NCBI GenBank assembly: GCA_030599585.1
Contig: JAUVNS010000001.1
Span: forward strand, 1-64,000
Length of the DNA stretch: 64,000 nt
Reading direction: 5' to 3'
DNA from: Promethearchaeota archaeon
GTDB lineage: Archaea > Asgardarchaeota > Lokiarchaeia > Sigyniarchaeales > SOKP01
Part shown: one piece after another, positions 49,697 to 58,957 of the stretch
Position numbering within the stretch: the first letter of the stretch is position 1
How the letters are laid out: every line of letters begins with the position of its first letter
The notes under the pieces: generated by a model
Seen by the model: only the letters and a program-made list of their open reading frames with translations
What the model was told of the DNA's origin: nothing
Databases searched by the model: none
Translations under genes and position numbers: made by a program

Positions 49697-51013
49697 ATGG
49701 CAGTAAAAGTAGCTTTTATGCAGGCCAGTGATTGCTGGGGCTGTCATCAATCCTTATTGAACGCACATTTAGGATTGTTGCCTGTTCTCCCAGCGCTCGA
49801 TATAGTTTATTGGCCAGCAGTTGTAGATTTCAAACACGATTCACTAAAAGCGCGACCAGACGGTGACATACTTGTAGGCTTCTTAGAAGGAAGTATGAGA
49901 ACAAATGAGGATGTAGAAAACGCCAAACTCATGAGGGCTAAATGCCAACTCATAGTTGGGTTTGGTAGTTGTGCATGCTACGGAAATGTTCACGGATTAG
50001 CTAATGAGTGGGATATTGAAGATGTTATTAAACGGAAGTACGAACAAACCGAATCAATTACCGATGAATCTCCGCACGAACCAAAAGAACACATGCCAGG
50101 ATTTACGGGAAAAATCGTTCCATTGGACGAAGTCATAAGCGTTGATATATTTATGGCGGGATGTCCTCCGAAACCTGAAGCTATTATAAGCGCAGTTCAA
50201 TTTTTGCTTGGTCAAAAGCCACAGCCAATGGCAGATTTGTCTTTCTGTAACGATTGCTCTTTAAATAATGAGAATTGTTTACTAGAAAAATACGAATTAT
50301 GTTTTGGTCCTATTACTAGTATCGGATGTACCTTAAAATGTACTGATAATGGAGAACCATGCGTTGGCTGTCTCGGTCCAGCAAAAACAGTTTCGGCAAG
50401 AGCAGAAAAATTGAAAACAATGACACAGAATATGCATCAACTTAGTTCTGGTGACAAGAAGAATTTACACGAGTTCTTAACGTTGTTTTTAAATGTTCCT
50501 CTCATGTCTGGATTTGATTTAGCAGGAGACATTTTAAAACAAGTGAGAAAAACTGGTGAAGCTCAAACCGCTTTAGCTAACGTACCTGCTGATACAGGCG
50601 ATATATACGCTAACCTTATGAAATTTCTGAAGAACAATCGAGAATTCATAAAGATTTCAAATGTGTGCGACCAATGCGACCTTGAAATTGGAAGCAAATC
50701 TCAAATGACGAAAGTTAAACGGGATTACGAAGGACTTCCAAACTCAACCGATTGTTTAATAGAACAAGGTTACCTATGTGCAGGTCCGATAACAAGAGCT
50801 GGATGTGGAGGTTTGTGTATGAGAGTTAACACACCTTGTTCCGGCTGCTTTGGTCAAACCGCTTGGAATGTTGATCAAGCTGAACGCTTTGCTGATGTAG
50901 TAACGAAGGGCTTTAATGTGGCTTTATCTAAAGAAGAATTGCTTGCGCAAGTTAAGGATAAGCTTGGCTTCATGGAAAAATTCACATTGGCTACAAACAA
51001 AAATTATAGGTAG
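49697..51013 (+). CDS. vhuG: F420-non-reducing [NiFe(Se)] hydrogenase small subunit with duplicated Fe-S domain
   Basis: CWGC, G.CAC.G, GCPP; two copies of C..C...CL.E...C.GPIT..GC...C....PC.GC.G. Confidence 0.88.
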   Translation: MAVKVAFMQASDCWGCHQSLLNAHLGLLPVLPALDIVYWPAVVDFKHDSLKARPDGDILVGFLEGSMRTNEDVENAKLMRAKCQLIVGFGSCACYGNVHGLANEWDIEDVIKRKYEQTESITDESPHEPKEHMPGFTGKIVPLDEVISVDIFMAGCPPKPEAIISAVQFLLGQKPQPMADLSFCNDCSLNNENCLLEKYELCFGPITSIGCTLKCTDNGEPCVGCLGPAKTVSARAEKLKTMTQNMHQLSSGDKKNLHEFLTLFLNVPLMSGFDLAGDILKQVRKTGEAQTALANVPADTGDIYANLMKFLKNNREFIKISNVCDQCDLEIGSKSQMTKVKRDYEGLPNSTDCLIEQGYLCAGPITRAGCGGLCMRVNTPCSGCFGQTAWNVDQAERFADVVTKGFNVALSKEELLAQVKDKLGFMEKFTLATNKNYR

Positions 51014-51024
51014 GTGTAAAAAAA

Positions 51025-52329
51025 ATGGTAAAAGAAATAACAGTAGAACCAGTCACTCGATTAGAGGGACATGGTGGATTAAGAGTTGTCATAGGAGATG
51101 ACGGTAAGGTAAAAGACGCTCAGTTTAACATAACTTCGACACGATTTTTCGAGAAATTTCTTGAAGGACGTTATTGCGAACATATACCGAGAATCACGCC
51201 TAGAATTTGCGGAATTTGTCCAATCCCACATCATTTAACTCCCACTAAAGCAATAGAAGATGCTTGGGGCGTTAAAATACCAGAACCCGCTCGAAAATTA
51301 CGAATTTTGCTACAAAATGCGAAACAATATTCTTCACATATGCTTCATTTTTATGCATTAGCAGCACCTGATTTCTTACTGGGGCCTTTTGCGGATCCAG
51401 CTTTGAGGAATGTTGTTCATGTGATAAACAAGATGCCCGATGTTGGGGCAATGGCATTGAAGATGATGGATTTTGGTCAAAAACTATGCGCTGAAATCGG
51501 TGGAAAGTCAGTTCACCCCGTTTCTGCAATTGTAGGCGGGATGAAAAAACCAATGGACGAAGCCGCAAGGGATAAGTTCCTAAAAATGGTCCCTGAACAA
51601 GTTGATTTCATGTTGAAGACAGTTGATATTGCTCTAAAAGTTGTAACCGATTATTGGGATGTCGTTGCTAATGTAGGTGTTGTACCAACTTACTATCTTG
51701 GTATGACTAAGAACGGAGTACACGATATTTACGAAGGTGATCTTAGGATAGTTACACCTGAAGGCAAGAAGATTGATTACGACGTTCATAATTATTTGGA
51801 CGTACTTGGCGAACATATTCCAGAACATTCGTATGCAACACATATGTATTATAAACCAGCAGGATATCCCGATGGAATTTATCGAGCCAATACTCTGGCA
51901 ATGACGAATTGTGCTGATAAAATGGCAACACCTTTAGCTGACAAGGCTTTAAAGGAAATGAAAGCCAAAATTGGCGATGTGTCGCATCATACCTTTGCTT
52001 ATCATTGGGCACGAATTATTGAAGCTGTGGAGTCAATTGAATTAATCGCAAAATATCTTGAAGACCCTGATATAGTGAATCCTGATTGTAAAACTTTGGA
52101 TGTGCAACCAAGAGAAGGAAATGGTGTAGCGATAACTGAGGCCCCTAGAGGCTTATTGTTGTATCATATCTGGTCTGATGCTGAAGGAATATGTAAGAAA
52201 GCAAATCTCTTAGTAGCAACTAATCATAACATTGCTGGAATTGAAAAGACGCTAATGCATGTTGCCAAACAAGTGTTTGAAGATAAGGCACTAGAAGGAT
52301 TAAAATTACCAGACCCTTGGATTAATTAA
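51025..52329 (+). CDS. vhuA: F420-non-reducing hydrogenase large subunit lacking the C-terminal L2 motif
   Basis: VTRLEGHG, RICGICP..H, EAPRG.L.H, ATNHN; ends without DPCxxC. Confidence 0.92.
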   Translation: MVKEITVEPVTRLEGHGGLRVVIGDDGKVKDAQFNITSTRFFEKFLEGRYCEHIPRITPRICGICPIPHHLTPTKAIEDAWGVKIPEPARKLRILLQNAKQYSSHMLHFYALAAPDFLLGPFADPALRNVVHVINKMPDVGAMALKMMDFGQKLCAEIGGKSVHPVSAIVGGMKKPMDEAARDKFLKMVPEQVDFMLKTVDIALKVVTDYWDVVANVGVVPTYYLGMTKNGVHDIYEGDLRIVTPEGKKIDYDVHNYLDVLGEHIPEHSYATHMYYKPAGYPDGIYRANTLAMTNCADKMATPLADKALKEMKAKIGDVSHHTFAYHWARIIEAVESIELIAKYLEDPDIVNPDCKTLDVQPREGNGVAITEAPRGLLLYHIWSDAEGICKKANLLVATNHNIAGIEKTLMHVAKQVFEDKALEGLKLPDPWIN

Positions 52330-52353
52330 AAAAGAGGAAACCGTGATTAAAAA

Positions 52354-52506
52354 ATGAGCGAAGAAATACCGGAAGGAGTAGTAAACCTTTTAGAAATGAT
52401 TGTGCGTTGCTTCGATTGTTGACTATCGTGTGCAGCCCACATAACCGTTGTTAAAGAAAACGGGGAAGAGATTTACTCTCGCAAGTTGAACGTTGGCTTA
52501 GGATGA
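52354..52506 (+). CDS. vhuU: Selenoprotein VhuU (carries the L2 Ni-binding motif; Sec at TGA 52420-52422)
   Basis: MSEEIPEGVVNLLEMIVRCFDC-U-LSCAAHITVVKENGEEIYSRKLNVGLG*; complements the truncated VhuA; absent from the ORF track. Confidence 0.9.
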
Positions 52507-52564
52507 ATATCCAATAAAAACAATAGATTGGATACAACGCCCCCTGCCCGGGGTAAAAGCCAAT
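52492..52564 (+). other. Candidate SECIS-like RNA structure at the 3' end of vhuU
   Basis: ATGAA, then 8-bp helix TATCCAAT/ATTGGATA with loop starting AAAAA; outer helix GTTGGCTT/AAGCCAAT; side hairpin GCCCC/GGGGT. Confidence 0.6.
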
Positions 52565-52604
52565 AAATATATAAAATAAATGGAAATGAAAAATTGGAAA
52601 AGAC

Positions 52605-53120
52605 GTGAAAAAAATGACAGTAGATTTTGAATTTCGAAAACAAGTTATGGATTATCATATCGGGTCTGATTTAATTAAGTATTGTTATCAATGTAGTCGT
52701 TGTGCAGATAATTGTCCAGTTAGTGCTGTGACGACAGACTTCTATGGGACTACAGGATACAATCCAAGAAGTAATATTCTTAATGCTTTGTTAGGATACA
52801 AGGATGCGATATTTTCTGCTGATGCCTTGACTATTTGGGGTTGTACAGTATGCGATACATGCGACGAGGTTTGTCCACAGAACATTGAATTAACTGAGAT
52901 TTTTACGCTTTTAAAGAATCAAAGTGTAGCAAATGGAGATGCGCCTGATTTTATTTATTCGCAAGCAAAAGCAATTTTTGACAATGCGAAGGCTATTCCA
53001 TCTCAGCCTGCTATAGTCCGTAGACGAGAACAATTTGGTCTACCCGCTGTTGCGGAGCCAGATGTTAGTGAATTCCAAACTTTATTAAAAAACATGGGAG
53101 TAGATAAAAAACTTAAATAA
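52605..53120 (+). CDS. hdrC: Heterodisulfide reductase subunit C
   Basis: CYQCSRCADNCP and W.CTVCDTCDEVCP. Confidence 0.88.
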   Translation: MKKMTVDFEFRKQVMDYHIGSDLIKYCYQCSRCADNCPVSAVTTDFYGTTGYNPRSNILNALLGYKDAIFSADALTIWGCTVCDTCDEVCPQNIELTEIFTLLKNQSVANGDAPDFIYSQAKAIFDNAKAIPSQPAIVRRREQFGLPAVAEPDVSEFQTLLKNMGVDKKLK

Positions 53121-53135
53121 GAGGTATAAAAAAAG

Positions 53136-54008
53136 ATGACAGAATATAAAATGTTTGAAGGTTGTGTACTCGGAAACCGTATACCAGCTATAGAAGCCGC
53201 ATGTAGAAAAGTTTTTGATAAAGTGGGTATTGAAACATCGCAAGCGCCCTTTTCTTGTTGCCCTGATCCTACGGGCATGAAATCGTTTGATAATGACGCT
53301 TGGTTAGCAATTGGCGCGAGAAACTTATGTTTAGCTGAAGCTGAAGGAAAAGACATAATTTCTTTATGTAATGGTTGTACTAATACGCTTCGAGGCGTTC
53401 AGCATCAATTAAAACACGATTCGTGGAAAATGGACAAGATAAATGGTGAACTCGCTAAAATCGGGAAGGAATACAAAGGATCCATTGATATTAAACACTT
53501 TGTAGATGTGCTAAGCGACAATTTAGACAAGGTCAAAGGAGCAATTACTAAGCCACTTGAGGGTCTAAAAGTTGCTGTCCATCCAGGATGTCATTATATG
53601 CGCCCTGGTGAGTGGATGGAATCAGACGATCCCATGAGGCCAACAACGTTAAAGAAGCTCGTAGAAGCAAGTGGAGCAACCGTAGTTGATTATGGAGAGG
53701 AAATTTTATGTTGCGGGAATGCCGTAACTAACGCTTACCCTGAACACGGATTTGCTAACTTAAAGATTAAGATGGATGCTATCAAAAAATCTGGCGCAGA
53801 TGTGATTGCAGTAAATTGTCCTGCGTGTTATCAACAATTCGATGAAAAGCAGAGAGATTTAGGCAAGAAATACGAGACTGAATACGGGATTCCAGCGATG
53901 TATATCACAGAGCTTTACGCTTTGGCGATGGGCTTCACTCCAGAAGATATCGGCTTGAAATTTCACAGAACTCGATTAAAATCCACGTTAGAAAAACTTG
54001 GACTATAA
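53136..54008 (+). CDS. hdrB: Heterodisulfide reductase subunit B
   Basis: GC, SCCP, ARNL..AE, CNGC, HPGCH..RP, CCG, CPAC..QFD. Confidence 0.92.
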   Translation: MTEYKMFEGCVLGNRIPAIEAACRKVFDKVGIETSQAPFSCCPDPTGMKSFDNDAWLAIGARNLCLAEAEGKDIISLCNGCTNTLRGVQHQLKHDSWKMDKINGELAKIGKEYKGSIDIKHFVDVLSDNLDKVKGAITKPLEGLKVAVHPGCHYMRPGEWMESDDPMRPTTLKKLVEASGATVVDYGEEILCCGNAVTNAYPEHGFANLKIKMDAIKKSGADVIAVNCPACYQQFDEKQRDLGKKYETEYGIPAMYITELYALAMGFTPEDIGLKFHRTRLKSTLEKLGL

Positions 54009-54268
54009 ATAACCAAATTTATAACTTTATTTTTTTATTTTTTTATTCTTACTTATTATTAAGAGTTATTTTCAATTTCTCCGAATGAAATTATATACCA
54101 GATTCTCCTATTAATTCAAAATAAACCTTTAATTGGGTAATAGATTATAATCTAAAGCAGTCATAACAATTAAAAATCTCAAAAAATAATTGTAGCTTGA
54201 GAAAAATAATGATTATGTACTCAATAAGTTCGATTCCCTAAATACTACACATGTAATTATCACTTGAT

Positions 54269-55402
54269 TTAATGAATTTTTATAACTTTACCGAAATTTT
54301 TATCTTTTATTCTCTTCTCCTTAAGTAAAGCCTTATTTTTCGAGATAACTTGATACATATCAATGAAACTTTTTGGAGGTATCGATTCTTCTTTTTTTTT
54401 GACTAGTTTTCGTGCATTTTCCGGACATCTTGGAATACAAACGCCACAACCTATACAATAGCCTAAATTAACTTCAGAAACTCCATTTTCATTAATTTTA
54501 GTCGCATCCATGTGGCAACTCGGGACGCAATCGCCGCAACCTTTACAAATTTCTTCGTTAATGGATAGGTAATAATTAGAAGTGATATATTGTGCGGGAT
54601 TTTCATATTTTTTAAGATTTTCTAGAACCATACATGAGCAACCACAACAGCAACAAATCATAGATGGTTTCTGAGAGTTGGTTGGGCAAAGAACCATTCC
54701 CCTTTCCTGTGCCATTCGTAGGACCTCAAGAGCTTCTTCTTTTGTAACTTCACGACCTTGATTCAAATTAACTCGTGAGCCTTTACCAAATGTTAAGCAA
54801 GTTTCTTTTGGGTGGTCACAACCCTTTCCCTGTATTTCTTTTGATTGTCTACATATGCAAGGGCTTAAAAAAAAAGTTGTGTGAACATTATCTAAAAGAC
54901 TTGTAATCTCATCATAATTGGAGATATTATATTCTATAGGGATACTTTTTTCAATAGGGATTGTTCTTAGTTGAATAATACCATTTTCCAACATTTTAGA
55001 CATAAATCCTTCATCACAATACTGATCAAAATCTTCTGCAAATTCTTTTGTAAGTTTATCAATTTGAAAATCAATAAATCCAATAGCTAAAGGGACGATA
55101 CCAAAATAATTTATTCCCTCTTTAGATTTAATCCAATTTATTGAACCTTTTTTTGCCAGTGTGAGAAGCTTATTAGAAAACTGTTCTAGGGTCCAACCAT
55201 TCTTTTTAAAAGGTCTAAATAGTTTTTTTGCCTCCTGAGGAATTACTTTTAACCTTAATGCAATTTCTGCTTCTTGAGGGGTAAAAAGGTGCTTTAAAAT
55301 CCTAATTTCAACCCCCGATTCTGTCTCAGGATAGTCTATTGGAAGTGTATCAAGATATTGTTGAAGTTTTCTATAGACATCGCCGTTGTTTTTAGAAATC
55401 AT
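54269..55402 (-). CDS. 4Fe-4S ferredoxin-domain protein with N-terminal HTH-like region
   Basis: IL..LFTP.EA, C.CR, ICCCCGCSC, CKGCGDCVPSC, CIGCGVCIPRCP. Confidence 0.85.
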   Translation of the reverse strand: MISKNNGDVYRKLQQYLDTLPIDYPETESGVEIRILKHLFTPQEAEIALRLKVIPQEAKKLFRPFKKNGWTLEQFSNKLLTLAKKGSINWIKSKEGINYFGIVPLAIGFIDFQIDKLTKEFAEDFDQYCDEGFMSKMLENGIIQLRTIPIEKSIPIEYNISNYDEITSLLDNVHTTFFLSPCICRQSKEIQGKGCDHPKETCLTFGKGSRVNLNQGREVTKEEALEVLRMAQERGMVLCPTNSQKPSMICCCCGCSCMVLENLKKYENPAQYITSNYYLSINEEICKGCGDCVPSCHMDATKINENGVSEVNLGYCIGCGVCIPRCPENARKLVKKKEESIPPKSFIDMYQVISKNKALLKEKRIKDKNFGKVIKIH

Positions 55403-55501
55403 AAAATGATAATTAATTTTAATATTTAAAAAGTTTATAGTTGCTTAGAGGAAGAGAACACTTCAATAGGCAAAAATTGAATAATACGAACAACATTCTT
55501 T

Positions 55502-55543
55502 TCAAAAAATAATTAGGTTAAGAATTATAATATCAATTATTAA
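55502..55543 (+). repeat. Direct repeat copy 1 (42 bp, 2 mismatches versus 56118..56159)
   Basis: TCAAAAAATAATTAGG(T/G)TAAGAATTATA(A/G)TATCAATTATTAA; weaker similarity continues about 35 bp. Confidence 0.8.
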
Positions 55544-55585
55544 AATAACAGATACTTTTTGAAAATTAACCTGTTGTTAAGATGT

Positions 55586-56017
55586 TTATGGGCTTACCAT
55601 GAGTTGCTTCTTATCAAAGTCCTCTGCATTTCCTCCTTCTTCTAGAAAATCTACAAAATTCTTTAAAGCTTTTAGGGTTAACTCACCAACCTTCTCGTAA
55701 CCCTTTGCCAATTTTTTGTTATCCAAATCGACCCATAAAGTTGTTTCAACAATATCTCCTTTAGGTTCTAAAATATAACCAAGAGAATTCATGGTGCTAT
55801 TCTTCATATGCCAAGTTACGTATTCATTTTCAACCTGTTCCCAATCTACAATAAAAATATCTCCTATAGAAGATTTTAGATGAAATTCTTTTCCTTCCTC
55901 TTTTTCTGTTATTTCATCAACACCAAGATTCCATTTTGTAATAATTTCTGCATCAATAAGAATATCATAAATTCTTTTTGGACTTGATTTAATTTCAATT
56001 TTTTTCTCCATTCTCAT
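55586..56017 (-). CDS. SRPBCC/START-fold protein
   Basis: IEIKSSPKRIYDIL.D......W, C-terminal L..LK.F.E. Confidence 0.8.
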   Translation of the reverse strand: MRMEKKIEIKSSPKRIYDILIDAEIITKWNLGVDEITEKEEGKEFHLKSSIGDIFIVDWEQVENEYVTWHMKNSTMNSLGYILEPKGDIVETTLWVDLDNKKLAKGYEKVGELTLKALKNFVDFLEEGGNAEDFDKKQLMVSP

Positions 56018-56117
56018 TTAAAAATTACCTCTATTTGATTTTAGGTAGAAATAATGTCAACATAATTTTTATACATTTGTGTCGCTATTTTGAAAATAGA
56101 TTGAATATGTTATACAA

Positions 56118-56159
56118 TCAAAAAATAATTAGGGTAAGAATTATAGTATCAATTATTAA
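56118..56159 (+). repeat. Direct repeat copy 2
   Basis: Matches 55502..55543. Confidence 0.8.
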
Positions 56160-56242
56160 TTTTTAAAATAGCAGATTTTTTATTTGAAAATCGAATTGCT
56201 GCTAATAAGTATAAGAGAATCGTTTTTTAGTGTGATTTACGA

Positions 56243-57226
56243 ATGCAAAAATTTATTTCAGACTACGATGATGATGATACAACTGTTTCTTCGAAGTATA
56301 ATGGCCCGAAATTTGATGCCCACGTTCATTTAGGGAGTATGAAAGGTATTCATAATTTAATTAAGTACAGAGAAGAGTTTAACATAAAAAAATCGGTCGG
56401 TATTGTCTGGGACGATAAGACTGATGTATATGAGAAAAGATTTCCAGATAAGTTTGTGCTGGCAAAGTATTTTAGAAGTAAGCATATGTTTACTGCAAAC
56501 CCGGATTCTAAATTGTTAACGGAAGAGATAGAAAAAATTTACCAACAAGGATTTCCAATTGTTAAATTCTGGTTTGGACCGAGAGTGAGAGACTACGTAA
56601 AAGAATACTTCAAATTAGAACCAAAAACAATTCACTTATCTGATCCCATTTTTAAATCCATATTCGCTAAGATGGAAGAATTGGGGCTCTATTTATTAAT
56701 TCACGTTAGCGATCCTGATCAATGGTATGAGAAAGTGTATCAACCGGTTAGCCGATATGGTACAAAGAAAGAGCATTTAGATGATTTTGAGGAGGTTTTG
56801 TCAAGTTTTCCAAAATTAAAAGTGCTCCAAGCACATTTTGGGAGTCAACCAGAAGATCTAGACCATTTATCGAGGTGGTTTGAATCATATCCAAATTACT
56901 ATGTAGATATGTCTTCAGCAAGATGGATGGCACGAGAGCTTGGGAGGGATCCAGAAAAAGCACGGGAATTTTTCATTAAATATTCAGACAGGATTCTTTT
57001 TGGGTCCGATCTTGTACAGGATCGAAACAAACCCGTTTCCACCTATTATCGAACTCGTTATTTTACGTTTCAAGCAATTTTAGAGACTTCGGTCAGAGAT
57101 TTACCTTTACCTTTTCCAGATCCTGAAAATAATAATGAAACAAAGATTAATGGGTTGGATCTTCCCTTAGATATCTTAAAGAAAATTTATTGGGAAAACG
57201 CAAATAAGTTCCTCAAACTCACTTGA
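56243..57226 (+). CDS. Amidohydrolase family protein (Amidohydro_2-like)
   Basis: DAHVH, IHVSDP, AHFG, RILFGSD, KIY.ENA. Confidence 0.88.
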   Translation: MQKFISDYDDDDTTVSSKYNGPKFDAHVHLGSMKGIHNLIKYREEFNIKKSVGIVWDDKTDVYEKRFPDKFVLAKYFRSKHMFTANPDSKLLTEEIEKIYQQGFPIVKFWFGPRVRDYVKEYFKLEPKTIHLSDPIFKSIFAKMEELGLYLLIHVSDPDQWYEKVYQPVSRYGTKKEHLDDFEEVLSSFPKLKVLQAHFGSQPEDLDHLSRWFESYPNYYVDMSSARWMARELGRDPEKAREFFIKYSDRILFGSDLVQDRNKPVSTYYRTRYFTFQAILETSVRDLPLPFPDPENNNETKINGLDLPLDILKKIYWENANKFLKLT

Positions 57227-57236
57227 ATCGTTAAAC

Positions 57237-58946
57237 TTAGAGAAAAATTTCCATTCCAGGGGGAAGCCACGGTTTGTAAATTCGCATGTGATCTTTAAAG
57301 AAATTTGAAAAACCATTTTTTAAACATAAATCTAACCAATGAAATACTACTTCTTGCCCATGTTTTTCTTTAGAGATTTTTCCGAACATATTACTCAAAT
57401 AACTTCCGACAATATTTTTATGTTCTGAAGGTATATCTGTTGCTTGGATATTTACTAAGATATTTTCAAGTTGCTCCATGTAAGATTTAAAATTTGTTAA
57501 GAGTTCTAATATTTTAGCTCTATCTTGAGGATAATCCTTGGGTTTAGTATTTAATTTACTAAACTTGCCAAGATTTTTCATAAGACCTTTAATGTTGTCT
57601 AAAAAGTGTGGTATATTTAATTTGACTAAATCTTGTTCTAATTTCCTAGTTATAAAAGTATTCATTGTTATTTTATTGTAGAAATAAATAACTGGTAAAG
57701 AAATTGTTTTGTCAAACTGTTTAATTAACGGGATTCCCATTGTATAATATCTGGCTTCACCAGTACCTGCAATATGAATTGCTGGTTTGATGGTTTTTGA
57801 AACTAAATATTGGCGTGATTCAACTCTTGGAGTAAAAAAAGCAACGTGTTCAGAAAGATCAGGGCTATCCTTTTCGAGGCTAAAATCTATTAAATTCCCG
57901 CAATTATCGCACTCACATTTAACATGGATCATTGAGGTATAGTCTTGCCCGGTTAATTCCAACCTTCTGCAGTTACACTGTTCGTTATCGCACTCATAAA
58001 AAAAGGGGACAAAATCACGTCTAATCTCTCTTAAGGGAGGGCGAATATTATGCTCCATAAATTGATTTTTCAAATTGATATAAGTATCAACATACCTACT
58101 TTGATTCTCTAATAGAGTTTCATAAAATGGCGTTAATAGCTTCTTAAATTCTAAATCTGAAGCAGAAATGAAAAGATATCCTTGGTCAAAGATAACATTG
58201 GAAATTGTCCCAATTATGTTGATGAACCAATCTGTATAGTTCTCTGCGTTATTGTGGGCTATTTTGATTAATCGAAACGCTTCTTCTAGCCGTTCTTCTA
58301 ATAGCTTTTTATGCCAATTATCTTCTACACTGGAATTAATAGAATTACTGTATTTTTTTCTAATTTCTTGAAATTGCTCCATGAGATAAGATACAGATGG
58401 TAGCGGAAGATTTCTAATTCTCATTCCAAGAAATTCCTTTTCTATTTCAGGTTTTATTGAAATTGAAAATCCATTAGGGGAATCGCTTTGGGAAAATTTA
58501 GTTTTTATTAATTCTGAATGAATCTTATCATAATCAGCAACGTAAAAAATTGGAATTACGTTAGGATCAAGGTTGGTGAAAGCTGCTCCGCATGCAATTT
58601 TGTTAAAAAGAAACCTTTCACCACCTAAAAATTTTGGTTGATGTGAAACTTCTAAGTTAAGACTATTATTATCGGTAAGAAAATTTTCCAAATGTCTTTT
58701 GGCTTTGCCAGTTAGCAGATTATATTTCTTATTTGTGTTTTCAAAAATTTTTCCCAGTGCTACTTTTATTTTTTCATTATTTGTATCTTTTTCCGTTTCT
58801 CTATTTACTTTCTTTGCAAGTAAAATGGCATCGCTCATAGTTTGGGGTATAAGACCTTTCATACCTTCAGAAATCCAAGATTTTTGTCCTTCTAAGGCAT
58901 ATAACAAGTAATATTTTAATGGGTCTTCGAATTTATCGTTCGACAT
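57237..58946 (-). CDS. bshC: BshC-like putative cysteine-adding enzyme
   Basis: SHQPKFLGG....NK, PIFYVADYD, FTPRVESR, IAGTGEARYY parallel the BshC motifs GQQ..L.GP...K, P.FW.A.ED, S.NV..R, AGPGE..Y; Cys-rich insert. Confidence 0.72.
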   Translation of the reverse strand: MSNDKFEDPLKYYLLYALEGQKSWISEGMKGLIPQTMSDAILLAKKVNRETEKDTNNEKIKVALGKIFENTNKKYNLLTGKAKRHLENFLTDNNSLNLEVSHQPKFLGGERFLFNKIACGAAFTNLDPNVIPIFYVADYDKIHSELIKTKFSQSDSPNGFSISIKPEIEKEFLGMRIRNLPLPSVSYLMEQFQEIRKKYSNSINSSVEDNWHKKLLEERLEEAFRLIKIAHNNAENYTDWFINIIGTISNVIFDQGYLFISASDLEFKKLLTPFYETLLENQSRYVDTYINLKNQFMEHNIRPPLREIRRDFVPFFYECDNEQCNCRRLELTGQDYTSMIHVKCECDNCGNLIDFSLEKDSPDLSEHVAFFTPRVESRQYLVSKTIKPAIHIAGTGEARYYTMGIPLIKQFDKTISLPVIYFYNKITMNTFITRKLEQDLVKLNIPHFLDNIKGLMKNLGKFSKLNTKPKDYPQDRAKILELLTNFKSYMEQLENILVNIQATDIPSEHKNIVGSYLSNMFGKISKEKHGQEVVFHWLDLCLKNGFSNFFKDHMRIYKPWLPPGMEIFL

Positions 58947-58957
58947 ATTTATTTTAC

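Noticed and set aside
52420-52422. TGA as a nonsense mutation making the hydrogenase a pseudogene
   Set aside because: It falls exactly at the known Sec position of VhuU, and the flanking genes are intact
52473-52658. Minus-strand 61-aa ORF
   Set aside because: Shadow of vhuU, the SECIS-like region and hdrC
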